The notes beneath the pieces are model-generated. The model was not told where the DNA came from. It saw nothing but the letters and a program-made list of their open reading frames with translations, and ran no database searches. This document shows, in pieces, positions 63,642-64,000 of a stretch of 64,000 nt of DNA. Origin of the DNA: Lama guanicoe (Eukaryota); NCBI GenBank assembly GCA_013239625.1, contig MU054212.1, positions 2,046,001-2,110,000 of the forward strand. The letters run 5' to 3'. Position 1 is the stretch's first letter, and each line of letters starts with the position of its first letter. Position numbers and translations under genes: made by a program.

Positions 63642-64000
63642 CTGCATAATTTGTATGTAGATATATTTATCCATTTAAAATACTAAATTTATGAGAATAC
63701 ACAAAATAAATTCAACTGTCAGAATTTTTTGGCAATCCTTATTTTTAAGCATTTGGTTGAAAATGAAAACTCCAAACTTAACTGTCATTTTGTTTTAACG
63801 TTTTTACCTGCCTTATGTGAACTATTCCCCTGAGATATGAGTTTCAAATTATGATATTGGAAGGGACAGCCATATCAGAAATATCTTTTAAACCTTGTTT
63901 GTTAAAGAAATAGTATAGACGTAGGAGACAAGTTGCAGATTGAATGCGGAATCTCATGTTTTATTTAGAAGGCACATCGCATTTTTCTGGTTTCCAATGC

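Larger units (their letters stand above)
38951..64000 (-). other. ZNF521: ZNF521 intron upstream of the exon; the MSRRKQAKPRSLK start exon and promoter lie beyond the right edge
   Basis: No MSRRKQAKP-encoding sequence or CpG island seen; ends at the canonical acceptor at 38951. Confidence 0.85.

Overview
Mammalian genomic DNA, most likely a camelid (two tRNA-derived SINEs of the camelid Vic-1 type and artiodactyl-type L1 3' ends; no Alu, B1/B2 or BovB-family elements recognised). The whole window lies inside ZNF521 on the minus strand. It holds one clear 180-bp coding exon (38771-38950, the second coding exon, encoding the first degenerate zinc finger) flanked by two long introns. The introns carry old L1, L2, MIR, MLT1 and Tigger/Charlie fragments, microsatellites, and repeat-poor stretches that look like enhancer DNA. 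There are no prokaryotic features (no CRISPR, operons or rRNA), and nearly all ORF-track entries are spurious. I found no demonstrably new system. The best leads are: (1) a candidate alternative exon at 44564->44377 that would splice in frame onto the NuRD-recruiting N-terminus, giving a ~75-aa zinc-finger-less product or an NMD poison exon; (2) a near-perfect hairpin at 20189-20243 that pairs better in the ZNF521 sense direction; (3) candidate conserved enhancers at ~5.6-5.9 kb and ~52.1-52.5 kb. Repeat boundaries and subfamily names are from visual recognition and are approximate.
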